Shown here piece after piece: positions 44,591 through 54,657 of a DNA stretch of 64,000 nt (its first letter is position 1; the number at the start of each line of letters is the position of its first letter). The notes beneath the pieces are model-generated. The model saw nothing but the letters and a program-made list of their open reading frames with translations, had not been told where the DNA came from and did not search any database. Made by a program: the position numbers and the translations under genes. The stretch is from positions 96,001 through 160,000 of the forward strand of contig CBDCCS010000010.1 of assembly GCA_965214935.1 (NCBI GenBank), read 5' to 3'. The DNA is from Candidatus Velthaea sp. (lineage in GTDB: Bacteria; Vulcanimicrobiota; Vulcanimicrobiia; Vulcanimicrobiales; Vulcanimicrobiaceae).

Positions 44591-47500
44591 TCAGCGCAGC
44601 GCCGTGAGACTTTGTAAACGCGCTTCACCGGCAACTGCTTGCCCTTGGTACTCGGCGAAGGTCGCAAATTCGGCGGGCGTCGGCCGTTCGTACGCGGTCT
44701 CGAGTTCGTTTGCGAGAAACGACAGATGCTCGCGCAGTTTGGTCTCGTATAGAACGTCGCCTTCGCTTGCATGACCGTTGCGGCCGACCAGATCGCCGAT
44801 CGCCGTCTGCAGTTGTGCGCGCTTGGGTTGCGGCAACCGGCGCGCTTGGTCCATCGCAGCGTTGATCGTCGTATCGAGCTTGTCGAGTGTGGCGTGTATT
44901 TCGCGTTCGAGTGATAGACGCGCTTCCAAATCGTCGGCGGTAGCGTGCAAACGCGGATCGAGTTGCAACGCGAGCGGTTGGCTAAACTTCTGCTCGCCGT
45001 ACTCCAGAACGACCGAATACGTGCCGGGAACGATCGTGGGACCATCGACGCCGGCGCTGAAATCATCGGTGGTCGGCGGTTTAAACCCGTTGACTTCGGT
45101 AGCCGGTGCATAGCGCATGTCCCAGACAAAGCGATTCGGACCGGGCTCGTACGCCGTCATTGCAGCAATGTCGAGCGCATGCTGGTGATTCGCATCCATC
45201 TCGTACCGGATCTCAGGCGCAACCTTCTTCTCGTGCTTTGCTTTGGGGTGCAGCACGAAGCTGCGAACAACGGCACCGCGTGCATCTTGGAACGTCAGCG
45301 TGACTGGCGTCGAAGCATTCGTCCCGGCCGGAAGCGTGAAGAAGATCGTTGCTCCGTAATCGGGATTTTTTCCGACGGCCGGAGCCGGTTCGGGAGCCGC
45401 ACCGTAAGCGTGCGTGAGCCAAGCGGTCTCCGGGGCGAAAATGTGCGGTGCGTTCAAGGCCGGCGCACCGTCCCGGGCAAGCTGTTCCAACAACGCGAGA
45501 TCGTCGAGGATCCAGAAGGCGCGGCCGTGCGTTGCAAGCGCTACTTGCCCTTGTCGCGCATCGACCGCGATGTCGCGGACCTGCACGCCGGGCAGATTAA
45601 GCGTCAGCGGCTGCCAGGTTCCGGCGCCGTCGAAACTCACGTAAATCGAATCGCGAGTCCCGGCGAACAGCAAGCGCGGCTCGCGCGGGTCTTGACGGAC
45701 GGCAAAGACATATTGATCGCCCGGTAGACCTTTGGTTATCGTCGACCAATGCGCGCCGTAATCGGTGGTGACGAACGCGTACGGATGAAAATCATCCCAC
45801 ATGTAGCGCGAGGCCGTCAGGTACGCCGTTCCGGCTGCCGTGTGCGAGGGTTCGATCGAGCTGATATTCGCCCACTGCGCAAGTTGCGGCGGCGTAACGA
45901 GCGACCAGTTTGCGCCGTGATCGGTCGTCACGTGAACGAGGCCGTCGGCCGAGCCCGCCCACATCAAATCGCCGTTGAGCGGAGAGACCGCTAATGCGGA
46001 AATATCCGGGAACGTTTCGGCGCCGGTTTGGTCGAGGTCGATCGGTCCTCCGCTGGGACCTTCGGTGCTCTTATCGTCGCGGGTTAAATCGGGGCTGATC
46101 GTTTTCCACGTCTGACCGCGATCGGTGCTCGAAAAGACGGTCTGCGCTGCATCGAGCAGTTCGGAATCGTTCGCGGGCGAGAAGAAAATCGGATGCGTCC
46201 AGCCGAACCGATAACGCGTTTCCCCGGCCGCTGCACCCGGCAAATATGTCGGCCAGGGGCTGACGTTATGCGACTGCGCGACTGCGTTATCTTGACGCAA
46301 CATCGCGCTGTAATACGCGCCGCCGTAGGTAACATTCGGGTTGCCGGGTTCGGGCGCAACAAAGGTGCTTTCACCCGATGCTACGCCGTGCCATTCACCG
46401 AGAGAAATCGCGCCGGTCGGCGCGGCGCTGGGTCCCTCGAACGCACCTTCATCCTGTGCCGCGCCGTAGACGTGGTACGGGAATTGACGATCGAGCGCGA
46501 TGTGATAGTACTGGCCGGTCGGCTGATTGTTTTCACTACTCCAGCTCTTGCCGCCGTCGCTTGAAACAACCGCTCCGCCGTCGTCGCCTTCGAGCATAAT
46601 TTTCGGATTGTGGGGATTGATCCAGATGATGTGATGATCGCCATGATTCGCGGCGGAGAAAAACGGCTTCCAGGTTATGCCGCCGTCGGTCGTTTTGAAA
46701 ACGTCGTCGACTTCGGGTGCATACGCCGTCTTCGCGTTCTTGGGATCGACGAAAATGCTCATGTAATAAAAGGCGCGCTGGCGCAACTTCATCTGGCTAT
46801 TCACACGCTGCCACGATGCTCCGCCGTTATTCGAACGGAACACGCCGCCGTCGTGCGCTTGGACGATCGCGTAAACCGTACGCGAATCGCTCGGCGCGAC
46901 GGCGATCCCCATGCGGCCGAGTAAGCCGCGCGCAAAGCCCGGATGTTTTGAAATCACCGCCCAATGCGCACCGCCGTCGACGGTCTTGTAGATCGCGCTG
47001 CCGGGGCCGCCGCTCGTGAGTTTCCACGGCAGGCGCTGCGCCTGCCACATCGTTGCATACAGAACGCGCGCATCGTTCGGATCCATTACAAGATCGATGG
47101 CTCCGGTGCCGGAGTCGACGAACAAGATGTTCTTCCACGTCTTGCCGCCATCGGTCGTTTTGAAGACACCGCGTTCGGCATTCGGCTTGAAGACGTGTCC
47201 CATGGACGCGGCATAGACGGTATTCGGATCGTGCGGTGCAACGGCGAGCGCCGTTGTCGTATGCGTATCGCTCAAACCCGCATAGTGCCAGCTTTTTCCC
47301 GCGTTGTCCGTCTTGTAGATACCGGCTCCGGTATCGACGTCGCTGCGGATGTCGCCCTCGCCGCTGCCGGCATAAATGACGTTCGGATTGGACGGAGCGA
47401 CGGCCAGCGCGCCCATCGTTTGAGCGGTGAGCGGCAGCTTACCGTCGCTGATGTTGACCCATTCGTTGCCGTAATCGGTGCTGCGCCAAACGCCGCCTTG

Positions 47501-47701
47501 CACGCCGCCGAAGTAGAACACGTTGGGATCGCTCGGGACGCCCGCCACCGCGACGACGCGGCCGCCGATGAAAGGACCGATGTTGCGCCAAGCGAGCTTG
47601 CTCATAACCGTTTGCGTCGGTGTCGTCAATCCGTCCGCCCGCGTCGCGTACGGAACGGCAACGAACGACGACAGCAAAACGAGAATGATGAGCTTTCTCA
47701 A
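44591..47701 (-). CDS. Secreted VPS10/sortilin-like BNR-repeat beta-propeller protein (putative glycosyl hydrolase)
   Basis: TTG 47701 after AAGGAG; signal peptide; WRNIGP, many [ST].DGG.[ST]W boxes, ATHGRAFWILDD. Confidence 0.85.
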   Translation of the reverse strand: MRKLIILVLLSSFVAVPYATRADGLTTPTQTVMSKLAWRNIGPFIGGRVVAVAGVPSDPNVFYFGGVQGGVWRSTDYGNEWVNISDGKLPLTAQTMGALAVAPSNPNVIYAGSGEGDIRSDVDTGAGIYKTDNAGKSWHYAGLSDTHTTTALAVAPHDPNTVYAASMGHVFKPNAERGVFKTTDGGKTWKNILFVDSGTGAIDLVMDPNDARVLYATMWQAQRLPWKLTSGGPGSAIYKTVDGGAHWAVISKHPGFARGLLGRMGIAVAPSDSRTVYAIVQAHDGGVFRSNNGGASWQRVNSQMKLRQRAFYYMSIFVDPKNAKTAYAPEVDDVFKTTDGGITWKPFFSAANHGDHHIIWINPHNPKIMLEGDDGGAVVSSDGGKSWSSENNQPTGQYYHIALDRQFPYHVYGAAQDEGAFEGPSAAPTGAISLGEWHGVASGESTFVAPEPGNPNVTYGGAYYSAMLRQDNAVAQSHNVSPWPTYLPGAAAGETRYRFGWTHPIFFSPANDSELLDAAQTVFSSTDRGQTWKTISPDLTRDDKSTEGPSGGPIDLDQTGAETFPDISALAVSPLNGDLMWAGSADGLVHVTTDHGANWSLVTPPQLAQWANISSIEPSHTAAGTAYLTASRYMWDDFHPYAFVTTDYGAHWSTITKGLPGDQYVFAVRQDPREPRLLFAGTRDSIYVSFDGAGTWQPLTLNLPGVQVRDIAVDARQGQVALATHGRAFWILDDLALLEQLARDGAPALNAPHIFAPETAWLTHAYGAAPEPAPAVGKNPDYGATIFFTLPAGTNASTPVTLTFQDARGAVVRSFVLHPKAKHEKKVAPEIRYEMDANHQHALDIAAMTAYEPGPNRFVWDMRYAPATEVNGFKPPTTDDFSAGVDGPTIVPGTYSVVLEYGEQKFSQPLALQLDPRLHATADDLEARLSLEREIHATLDKLDTTINAAMDQARRLPQPKRAQLQTAIGDLVGRNGHASEGDVLYETKLREHLSFLANELETAYERPTPAEFATFAEYQGQAVAGEARLQSLTALR

Positions 47702-47890
47702 AAGCGCGGCTCCTTTGACATGACGATGACCGGTGCGTCGCGTTAGTGCAGGCAACGCACGCGAATACGATGCGCGATGTTTCGCTTTCCGCGCAGGTCG
47801 ATCCGCCCTCCATCGCACGCAGGCAACGGCGAACGCTGCATACCGCGCGCGGCGTTGCGATCGATGCGCTGCAGCGAGCGCTTCGGTCGC

Positions 47891-48226
47891 TTAGGTCTTT
47901 AGCGCGTCATGACCCCAATTTTTTAAACTGTACGACCAGCGCGTGTGCTCGACGTCGCCGCTCGGACGTTGTGCGAGATGACGTTTGATATAACCGACGA
48001 CGCGCTGCATCTGATGGTAGTCGGCATCGGTCAAATCGTGCTTTTTCGTACGCAGTAATTTTACGATCTCACGTCCGGAATGATGGCCGGTCGATTCGGC
48101 GCCGTCCGTTTTTTGCCCGACTTCGTGCGACTCGTCGGTCTCTAACCAGGCCTCAAGCTGGTGCGGCGTCATGTTCACGAGCTCGTTGAAAGCCGCTGCG
48201 GTATCGGTTGCGTCTGCGGTAGCCAT
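47891..48226 (-). CDS. DUF3140 domain protein
   Basis: VNMT...LEAWL.T, ESTGHHSGR, YIKRHLAQRP, WSYSLKNWGHD. Confidence 0.9.
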   Translation of the reverse strand: MATADATDTAAAFNELVNMTPHQLEAWLETDESHEVGQKTDGAESTGHHSGREIVKLLRTKKHDLTDADYHQMQRVVGYIKRHLAQRPSGDVEHTRWSYSLKNWGHDALKT

Positions 48227-48360
48227 TGCACTCCTTCGGCGCATGCCCGTACCGGCAGCGCATGCAGTTCACAAGATGATGCACGCTCTTACCCAGGCGC
48301 CGTGTGTTAAGCGGCGTGCTCGTGCGCAACGGCACGTGCGATGCTGCCGTTGTTCGCTGC

Positions 48361-49353
48361 ATGAAAGCCGTTATAGCCGAACGCTCGGGTGCCGCCGCCG
48401 ACGTTCTTTCGATCCGCGAAGTGCCGACGCCGCAAGCGCAAGCCGGTGAGGTGCGCGTACGAATCGCAACATCGGGCATCAATCCCTCGGACGTCAAGCG
48501 TCGCGCCGCATCGCCGCCCGGTTCGGCGCTCGAATTCACGCAAGTCATTCCACACAGCGACGGCGCAGGTAGGATCGACGCCGTCGGGCCGCAAGTCGAT
48601 CCGCAGCGGATCGGTCAACGCGTTTGGCTCTATAACGCACAGTGGCAGCGGCCGAACGGCACGGCGGCGGAATTTTGCGTCGTTCCGGCGGCCTGCGCCG
48701 TCCCGTTGCCGGACGCAACGACCTTTGAGGCCGGTGCTTCGTTCGGCATCCCGGTCCTTACGGCGTACCACGCCATCCACCTCGACGGCCCGTTGAACGA
48801 CCGCACGCTACTCGTACAAGGCGGCGCGGGAGCGGTCGGGTTTTACGCCATCCAATTTGCGAAAGCCGCCGGCGCCACGGTTATTGCCACGGTGAGCTCG
48901 CCGGCCAAGGCAGCCTATGCGCGACGCGCCGGTGCGGATCATACCATCGACTACACGCGCGAAGATCGAGCGGCACGCGTGCTTGCGTGCAACGGCGGGC
49001 GGCAAGTCGAGCGCATCATCGAGGTCGATCTTGCGGCGAACGCCGCATCGTATCCCGACCTGTTGGCGCAATACGGTAAAGCCGTCGTCTACGGCTGCGG
49101 GCGTCCGACCGCCGCAGTACCGGCGGCGTTCATTCGCTGGAGTACGACCTTAGAATTCTTCATCGTGTACGAGTTGCGCGCGGCCGAGCGTCGTGCGGCC
49201 ATTGCCGGCATCGACGCGCTCGTCGGTTCGGGCGCGTTCGACTACGGCGAGATGCGGCGCTTTCCATTCGAGCGCGTCGTGCAAGCGCATGAAGCCGTCG
49301 AAGCCGGCGGGATCGGTAATGTGGTCTTGCAGATCGGCGAGCAGCAATCATAG
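48361..49353 (+). CDS. NADPH:quinone reductase (MDR/zeta-crystallin family)
   Basis: SGINPSDVK, IPHSDGAG, GGAGAVG. Confidence 0.9.
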   Translation: MKAVIAERSGAAADVLSIREVPTPQAQAGEVRVRIATSGINPSDVKRRAASPPGSALEFTQVIPHSDGAGRIDAVGPQVDPQRIGQRVWLYNAQWQRPNGTAAEFCVVPAACAVPLPDATTFEAGASFGIPVLTAYHAIHLDGPLNDRTLLVQGGAGAVGFYAIQFAKAAGATVIATVSSPAKAAYARRAGADHTIDYTREDRAARVLACNGGRQVERIIEVDLAANAASYPDLLAQYGKAVVYGCGRPTAAVPAAFIRWSTTLEFFIVYELRAAERRAAIAGIDALVGSGAFDYGEMRRFPFERVVQAHEAVEAGGIGNVVLQIGEQQS

Positions 49354-49386
49354 GCGGAGTTCGACAGCGGTCCGAACGGTCGCGCG

Positions 49387-51261
49387 ATGAAGTACTCGAT
49401 CGCCGTTATGATGTTGGTTGCGGCGCTCTTTCCGGCCGTTGTCAAGGCACAGCCCGTGGCCGAACGCGTGCATCTCGATGCGTCCGACGTGGGGCGCGGT
49501 GTCGTTCATGCAACGCTCGCGATCCCGGTCCATAGCGGTCCGCAAACGCTCGTTTATCCGCGCTGGATTCCGGGCGAGCACGGCCCGGTCGGTCCGATCA
49601 ACGAGCTTATCACGCTGCGCTTTCGGTCGGGCGGAAAAGCGTTACCGTGGAAGCGCGACCTGACCGATATGTATGCCTTTAGCGTCGACGTTCCGGCAGG
49701 CGCGTCGACGCTCGACGTTTCGCTCGACTTCTTGATCGGCGCCGCCGGAACGATGGTCTCGAAAGAGCGCGTTTCAACGAGTCGCATGGCGATGATCAAT
49801 TGGTATGCGGCGGTGCTGTATCCGCAAGGCGCCGTCAATACGTCGTACACCGTGATCCCGAGTATTACGCTGCCCGAAGGCTGGCAAGACGCCAGCGCGT
49901 TACAGACCAGCGGCCGAGTAGCACGGACGGTGGCTTACGCTCCCGTTAGCCTCGAGACGTTGCTTGATTCGCCGGTATTGACCGCGCAATATCTGCGCAA
50001 AGTCGTACTCGATCGGACCCACGGCGTCGCGGAACTCGATCTTGCCGCGGACGAACCCGAACGGTTAGCCGCCAGCGACGAAACCATCGGAAAGTTCACC
50101 AATCTCATCCGCCAAGCCGATCTGGAATACCGCGCGCGGCACTGGCGCAACTATCACTTCTTGGTCGTATTGTCCGATGCGATCGAATTCAACGGGATCG
50201 AGCATCACGAGTCGAGCGATGATCGTGCTCCGGCGACCTTCGTCACCGATGCGGAAACGCTCGACTTTCGCGCCGATCTTCTCGCGCACGAATTCACGCA
50301 CTCGTGGAACGGCAAGTACCGCCGGCCGCAGGATTTGCAAGTCGCCAATTACCAGGATCCCGAGCGCACCGATTTGCTGTGGGTGTACGAAGGCTTGACC
50401 GAGTATCTCGGTAACGTGCTGGCGTCGCGTAGCGGCCTGCGCACCCCGCAAGAGTTTCGCGATATCGTCGCGAGCGTCTATGCCGATATGGATGCGACGA
50501 CCGGACGCGCGACGCGACCGCTGCTCGATACCGCGACGCAAGCCGGCTGGCTGTATTTCGGCACGCCGCAATACGCGCACATGCGGCGCGCCGTCGACTT
50601 CTATCCCGAGGGGATTCTCATTTGGCTCGAGGCGGATTCGATCGTTCGCCGGCAGACCGGCGGTATGAGATCGCTCGATGATTTTGTACGCGCGTTCGTC
50701 GGACCGCCTTCGACGGACCCGCGTGTCGTGACATACACGCGCGCCGACGTCATCGCTGAACTCACTGCAATTGCGCCGTACGATTGGGTTACGTTCTTTC
50801 GAACGCGCGTCGACGATATCGCACTGCATCCGCCCGCCGGCGGCATCGCTGCCGACGGTTGGCAAATCGCCTATACGGCCGAACCGACGCGTCAATTGCG
50901 CAACGAAGAAAAGCTGCTCGAGCACGTGAACGCGCTGTACTCGATCGGCGCGATCGTCAGCGATAAGGGTGACGTCATCGACGTGCGCGACGGCTCCCCG
51001 GCCGCACGAGCAGGCTTAGCACCGTACATGCAACTTCTGGCCGTCGGCGGCCGGCGCTATACGCCCGAAGCGCTGCATGCCGCTTTACAGGCGACTGCCG
51101 CAACGGGGAATGCGCCCGTGAGTCTGGTGGTCGACTCGTTCGGCGTCGTCGCGACGCTTTCGATCGTGTACCACGGCGGCGAGCGTTATCCGCATCTCGT
51201 GCCGTTGAGCGGTCGGCCGGATCTGCTCACACCGATCGCGCAACCGCTCGCGGAACGGTAA
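49387..51261 (+). CDS. M61 family metallopeptidase with C-terminal PDZ domain
   Basis: Signal peptide; WIPGEH, GIEHHESS, HEFTHSWNGK, LWVYEGLT, SPAARAGL. Confidence 0.92.
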   Translation: MKYSIAVMMLVAALFPAVVKAQPVAERVHLDASDVGRGVVHATLAIPVHSGPQTLVYPRWIPGEHGPVGPINELITLRFRSGGKALPWKRDLTDMYAFSVDVPAGASTLDVSLDFLIGAAGTMVSKERVSTSRMAMINWYAAVLYPQGAVNTSYTVIPSITLPEGWQDASALQTSGRVARTVAYAPVSLETLLDSPVLTAQYLRKVVLDRTHGVAELDLAADEPERLAASDETIGKFTNLIRQADLEYRARHWRNYHFLVVLSDAIEFNGIEHHESSDDRAPATFVTDAETLDFRADLLAHEFTHSWNGKYRRPQDLQVANYQDPERTDLLWVYEGLTEYLGNVLASRSGLRTPQEFRDIVASVYADMDATTGRATRPLLDTATQAGWLYFGTPQYAHMRRAVDFYPEGILIWLEADSIVRRQTGGMRSLDDFVRAFVGPPSTDPRVVTYTRADVIAELTAIAPYDWVTFFRTRVDDIALHPPAGGIAADGWQIAYTAEPTRQLRNEEKLLEHVNALYSIGAIVSDKGDVIDVRDGSPAARAGLAPYMQLLAVGGRRYTPEALHAALQATAATGNAPVSLVVDSFGVVATLSIVYHGGERYPHLVPLSGRPDLLTPIAQPLAER

Positions 51262-51409
51262 GGTCCGATCCGGTGCCGAGACCGGCGGCATCACGCGACG
51301 ACATTGTCGCCTCGACCGCCGCGGCCCAACGCTCGGCGCCGGCGTGCTCGAAGCGGCCTGCGGATCTGCGCCGTCCCGCTTAACCCGTGGACCCGATTGC
51401 CGGCCCGCG

Positions 51410-51438
51410 TTGACAAATCGAACGGACGTTCGTACGAT
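51410..51438 (+). promoter_or_regulatory. Sigma70 promoter with LexA (SOS) box in the spacer
   Basis: TTGACA (51410-15)-N17-TACGAT (51433-38); CGAAC-GGAC-GTTCG at 51419-51432. Confidence 0.75.
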
Positions 51439-51523
51439 TAGTCCTGCCGCTCGGCGCTTGCCGGACGATCGCATCGTGACGACGCCGGCGCTGCGTCGGG
51501 TCGTCGACAAAAGGAGATTGACT

Positions 51524-51904
51524 ATGGCCGTAAGTTTTACGCCGGCGATCAAGGGCATCGACATCGTCGCTTATCTCGTCAAAGACGTCGATCGGGCGAA
51601 GGCCTTCTATCGCGATACGCTCGGCATGCCGGTCTCGCTCGATTACGGTCCGCAAGGCGCCGAGTTTACGTTAGGCGACGGCGCGACGTTCGGCCTTTGG
51701 GATCCCGGCGAAGGCGGATTTCAACCCAGCAGCGGTGTTATGTTTGCGGTCGACGATGTGAGGACCGCAGTCGATCAGTTGAAGCAAGCCGGGGTTGAGT
51801 TCGAGGCCGACGGGGCGGTCCACGAGTTTCCCGCCTGCTTCATGGCGATGGCCAAGGACACCGAAGGCAACGGCTTCATCCTCCACCAGCGGAAGAGCGC
51901 GTAA
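51524..51904 (+). CDS. VOC/glyoxalase/bleomycin-resistance family protein
   Basis: AAGGAG RBS; VKDVDRAKAFYRDTLG, FAVDDV, DTEGN. Confidence 0.9.
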   Translation: MAVSFTPAIKGIDIVAYLVKDVDRAKAFYRDTLGMPVSLDYGPQGAEFTLGDGATFGLWDPGEGGFQPSSGVMFAVDDVRTAVDQLKQAGVEFEADGAVHEFPACFMAMAKDTEGNGFILHQRKSA

Positions 51905-54431
51905 CCGGCTTCGACGGCTCGGTCGGGTTCGGCAGCCAGCGCTCGAGAATGATGCGCAAATCGGCCAAAGCGGCCGGCTTGGAGACGTAGTCGTCCATGC
52001 CGGCCGCCCGGCACGCGTCTTGGTCTTCAACCTGCACGTTGGCGGTCATCGCAACGATCGGAATGCGCCGGAGCGCATCGCCGTTCAAGGCGCGGATGAT
52101 ACGCGTCGCTTCGAGTCCGTCCATCTCCGGCATATGGCAATCCATGAAGACGACCGCAAACCGGCCGGTTTGAACGGCATCGACTGCTTGTCTTCCGTTG
52201 GCAACGACCGTTACCTCAAATCCCAGACGCTTGAGCTGACGCACGGCGAGAAGCGCGTTGACTTCGTTGTCCTCGGCCAGCAGCAGCTTCTCAAATCGCG
52301 GACGAACCGTGGTGCGGCGTTCGATCTCCGAGGCGGCCGGGTCGCGAACGGCATCGATGCCGTCGCCGAGCCGCAAGGGCAGCGTGAACCAAAATGTCGA
52401 GCCGGCACCGGCTGCACTCTCGACACCGATCTCACCGCCCATGAGATCGATGAGTTGACGGCAGATCGACAAGCCCAGCCCGGTCCCGCCGTACTTCCGC
52501 GTCGTCGAACCATCGACTTGCGAGAACGGTTGAAACAACCGGTGCTGGACATCCGGTGCAATGCCGACACCCGTATCGACGATCGAGCAGCGGATCGGGA
52601 CATTTCCATTGCTCCGTTCGCCTGCTGCGGCGACGATATGTACGCTGCCGCCGGCGGGTGTGAATTTTAGAGCGTTTCCGATCAGGTTGACGAGGATCTG
52701 GCGGATCCGACCCGGATCGCCGGTCAGCGCGAAAGGCACATCCGGTGCGATGCGGCGAGTCAGTTCGACTTGTTTTGCGATGAATTGTGGTCCCAACAAC
52801 GACATGACGGATGCAATTTGACTTTCAAGATTGAAGCTCGTGAGTTCGAGCTCGAATTTGCCGGCTTCAATCTTCGAGTAGTCGAGAATGTCATTGAGGA
52901 CGCGCAGCAATGAGCGTCCCGAGTCGCGCACGATTCGGACGTATTCGGTTTGCTCCGCATCGAGACTCGATAGCGACAAGAGCTCGGTCATCCCGATGAT
53001 CCCGTTCATCGGCGTTCGAATCTCGTGGCTCATCGTTGCGAGAAAGCGCGATTTTGCATCGGTGGCAGCCAGTGCAAGTTGTTGGGCGGTTTCGATTGCT
53101 TCCTCGGCGGCTTTGCGTGCACCGATTTCTTGAATTTGGGCAATGATATATTCGGGGGCGCCGGACTCGTCGCGCACGATCGACGCGTTGAGTTGAGCCC
53201 AGACCAAATGCCCGTCGCGATGCACGTAGCGTTTTTCTGTTTCGTAGATGAGCCGGGTGCCGTCGATCAACCGCCGGATATTCGTTCGATCGTTCGTGAT
53301 ATCGTCGGGATGGGTGAGCGTCTCGCCGTCGAGCGATAACAACTCGTCGGCGGTATAACCGAGCAAATCGCAAAGAGCGGGATTTACGCGCGTCAGCACG
53401 CCGTCGAGTGCAACGATCGCCAAGCCGATCGGTGTATGCTCTTCAATCTGCCGGTAGCGTTCGTCGCTTGCACGCAGCGCCGCTTCGGCGCGGCGACGGC
53501 CGATAAGATCCTGACGCAGTCGCGCCGTAAGTGAAACCTGATCGCGATACAGACCAAGTTGTTCGCACAAAATCGTTATGAGGACGATCGTTGCTGCAAA
53601 TACCGTGATGAGCTTCCCGGTATCCCAAGCATACGAGTAGCGCATGCCGAAAAAATTCAGCAGCGCATCGAGGCCGGCTGCGAACATTGCAACGCAAAGC
53701 CAGAGCTGCAATGTCGTCAGTCGCCGGCCGTTCGCCAGCAACATCGCGCAACCGATAGCGTTGAGAAACACAATGAGCGGAATGAACGCCGTACGAAGTA
53801 ACGGCTGAAATTGGCCGTTCACAATGAGATGCGGCAAGCTCTCGCGCGTAGCAACGAGCGCCGCGGTCGCGGCGCCGGCGAAAAGCAGCGGGACGAAAAC
53901 GGTGACAACGGTCGTTCCGGTGATTGCGCGACTCCGATGAATGCGACGTGCAACGATGCCCGGCTGCATCGACGTCACGATGCCGACCGGAAAAGCGCAG
54001 TGCCAGGTGATCCAGAGATACAGTGCCGTTTGTTGCTGAGCGATCGTCGGCGGCTGCATGATGAACACGCCGGGGAAGAAACCCAGGTACGACCACGTCG
54101 TTAAGCCGCAAAACGCGTAGGTAAGGGCCAACACGACGAACGACGACTTTCCATTCGAATGAAAATGCACGAGGAAAATCGCCGCCGTGAGCAGATCGGC
54201 CAGCGACCAGACAGCGGCCGTGATCGGGACGATTGGTTTGATGACCGGCCCGCTTGTCGCGCCGAAGCAGGCTGCAAGAACGCTGACGATCGCCAACATT
54301 GCGCAGGCGCTCGCGGCAGTTCGGCGCTGATTCGCCGCGGCCGGCATTGCACCTAAATCGACGGTTGGGTCCGGCAGTTCGACCGCGGCGTCGCCGCCGG
54401 CCGAGCCGTCACCGGAGGCTATCGCGGGCAC
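51876..54431 (-). CDS. Hybrid sensor histidine kinase (MASE4-PAS-HisKA-HATPase-REC)
   Basis: Multi-TM N-terminus (WITWH..FP); THPDD PAS; MSHEIRTPMNG; NALKFT; GGTGLGLSI; MDCHMPEMDG. Confidence 0.92.
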   Translation of the reverse strand: MPAIASGDGSAGGDAAVELPDPTVDLGAMPAAANQRRTAASACAMLAIVSVLAACFGATSGPVIKPIVPITAAVWSLADLLTAAIFLVHFHSNGKSSFVVLALTYAFCGLTTWSYLGFFPGVFIMQPPTIAQQQTALYLWITWHCAFPVGIVTSMQPGIVARRIHRSRAITGTTVVTVFVPLLFAGAATAALVATRESLPHLIVNGQFQPLLRTAFIPLIVFLNAIGCAMLLANGRRLTTLQLWLCVAMFAAGLDALLNFFGMRYSYAWDTGKLITVFAATIVLITILCEQLGLYRDQVSLTARLRQDLIGRRRAEAALRASDERYRQIEEHTPIGLAIVALDGVLTRVNPALCDLLGYTADELLSLDGETLTHPDDITNDRTNIRRLIDGTRLIYETEKRYVHRDGHLVWAQLNASIVRDESGAPEYIIAQIQEIGARKAAEEAIETAQQLALAATDAKSRFLATMSHEIRTPMNGIIGMTELLSLSSLDAEQTEYVRIVRDSGRSLLRVLNDILDYSKIEAGKFELELTSFNLESQIASVMSLLGPQFIAKQVELTRRIAPDVPFALTGDPGRIRQILVNLIGNALKFTPAGGSVHIVAAAGERSNGNVPIRCSIVDTGVGIAPDVQHRLFQPFSQVDGSTTRKYGGTGLGLSICRQLIDLMGGEIGVESAAGAGSTFWFTLPLRLGDGIDAVRDPAASEIERRTTVRPRFEKLLLAEDNEVNALLAVRQLKRLGFEVTVVANGRQAVDAVQTGRFAVVFMDCHMPEMDGLEATRIIRALNGDALRRIPIVAMTANVQVEDQDACRAAGMDDYVSKPAALADLRIILERWLPNPTEPSKPVTRSSAGGG

Positions 54432-54657
54432 GACACGGTTCCGAGCCGTTCGCGGCGAACGGCGGCGTGTTGGTAGAAACCGAACGTTGTAAGCAAGGTC
54501 TCTCCCGTCGCAGCGCGCGATGACGGATGCGTATACCGCACCGTCTGGTTGATAGTTCGGCTGCGGCTAACGCGGCGCTTAGTCTGCTGTTACAAACGGT
54601 TCCGGTAGGGTGCGAAAGCGGATGTCGGCCGCTCGTCCGACGAACTGCAGCGGCTTC

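Noticed and set aside
54540..54657. Riboswitch-like leader (GCGAAAGC tetraloop, short stems) before the second VPS10 gene
   Set aside because: Does not match the core of any riboswitch I can recognise; an Infernal/Rfam scan would be decisive.
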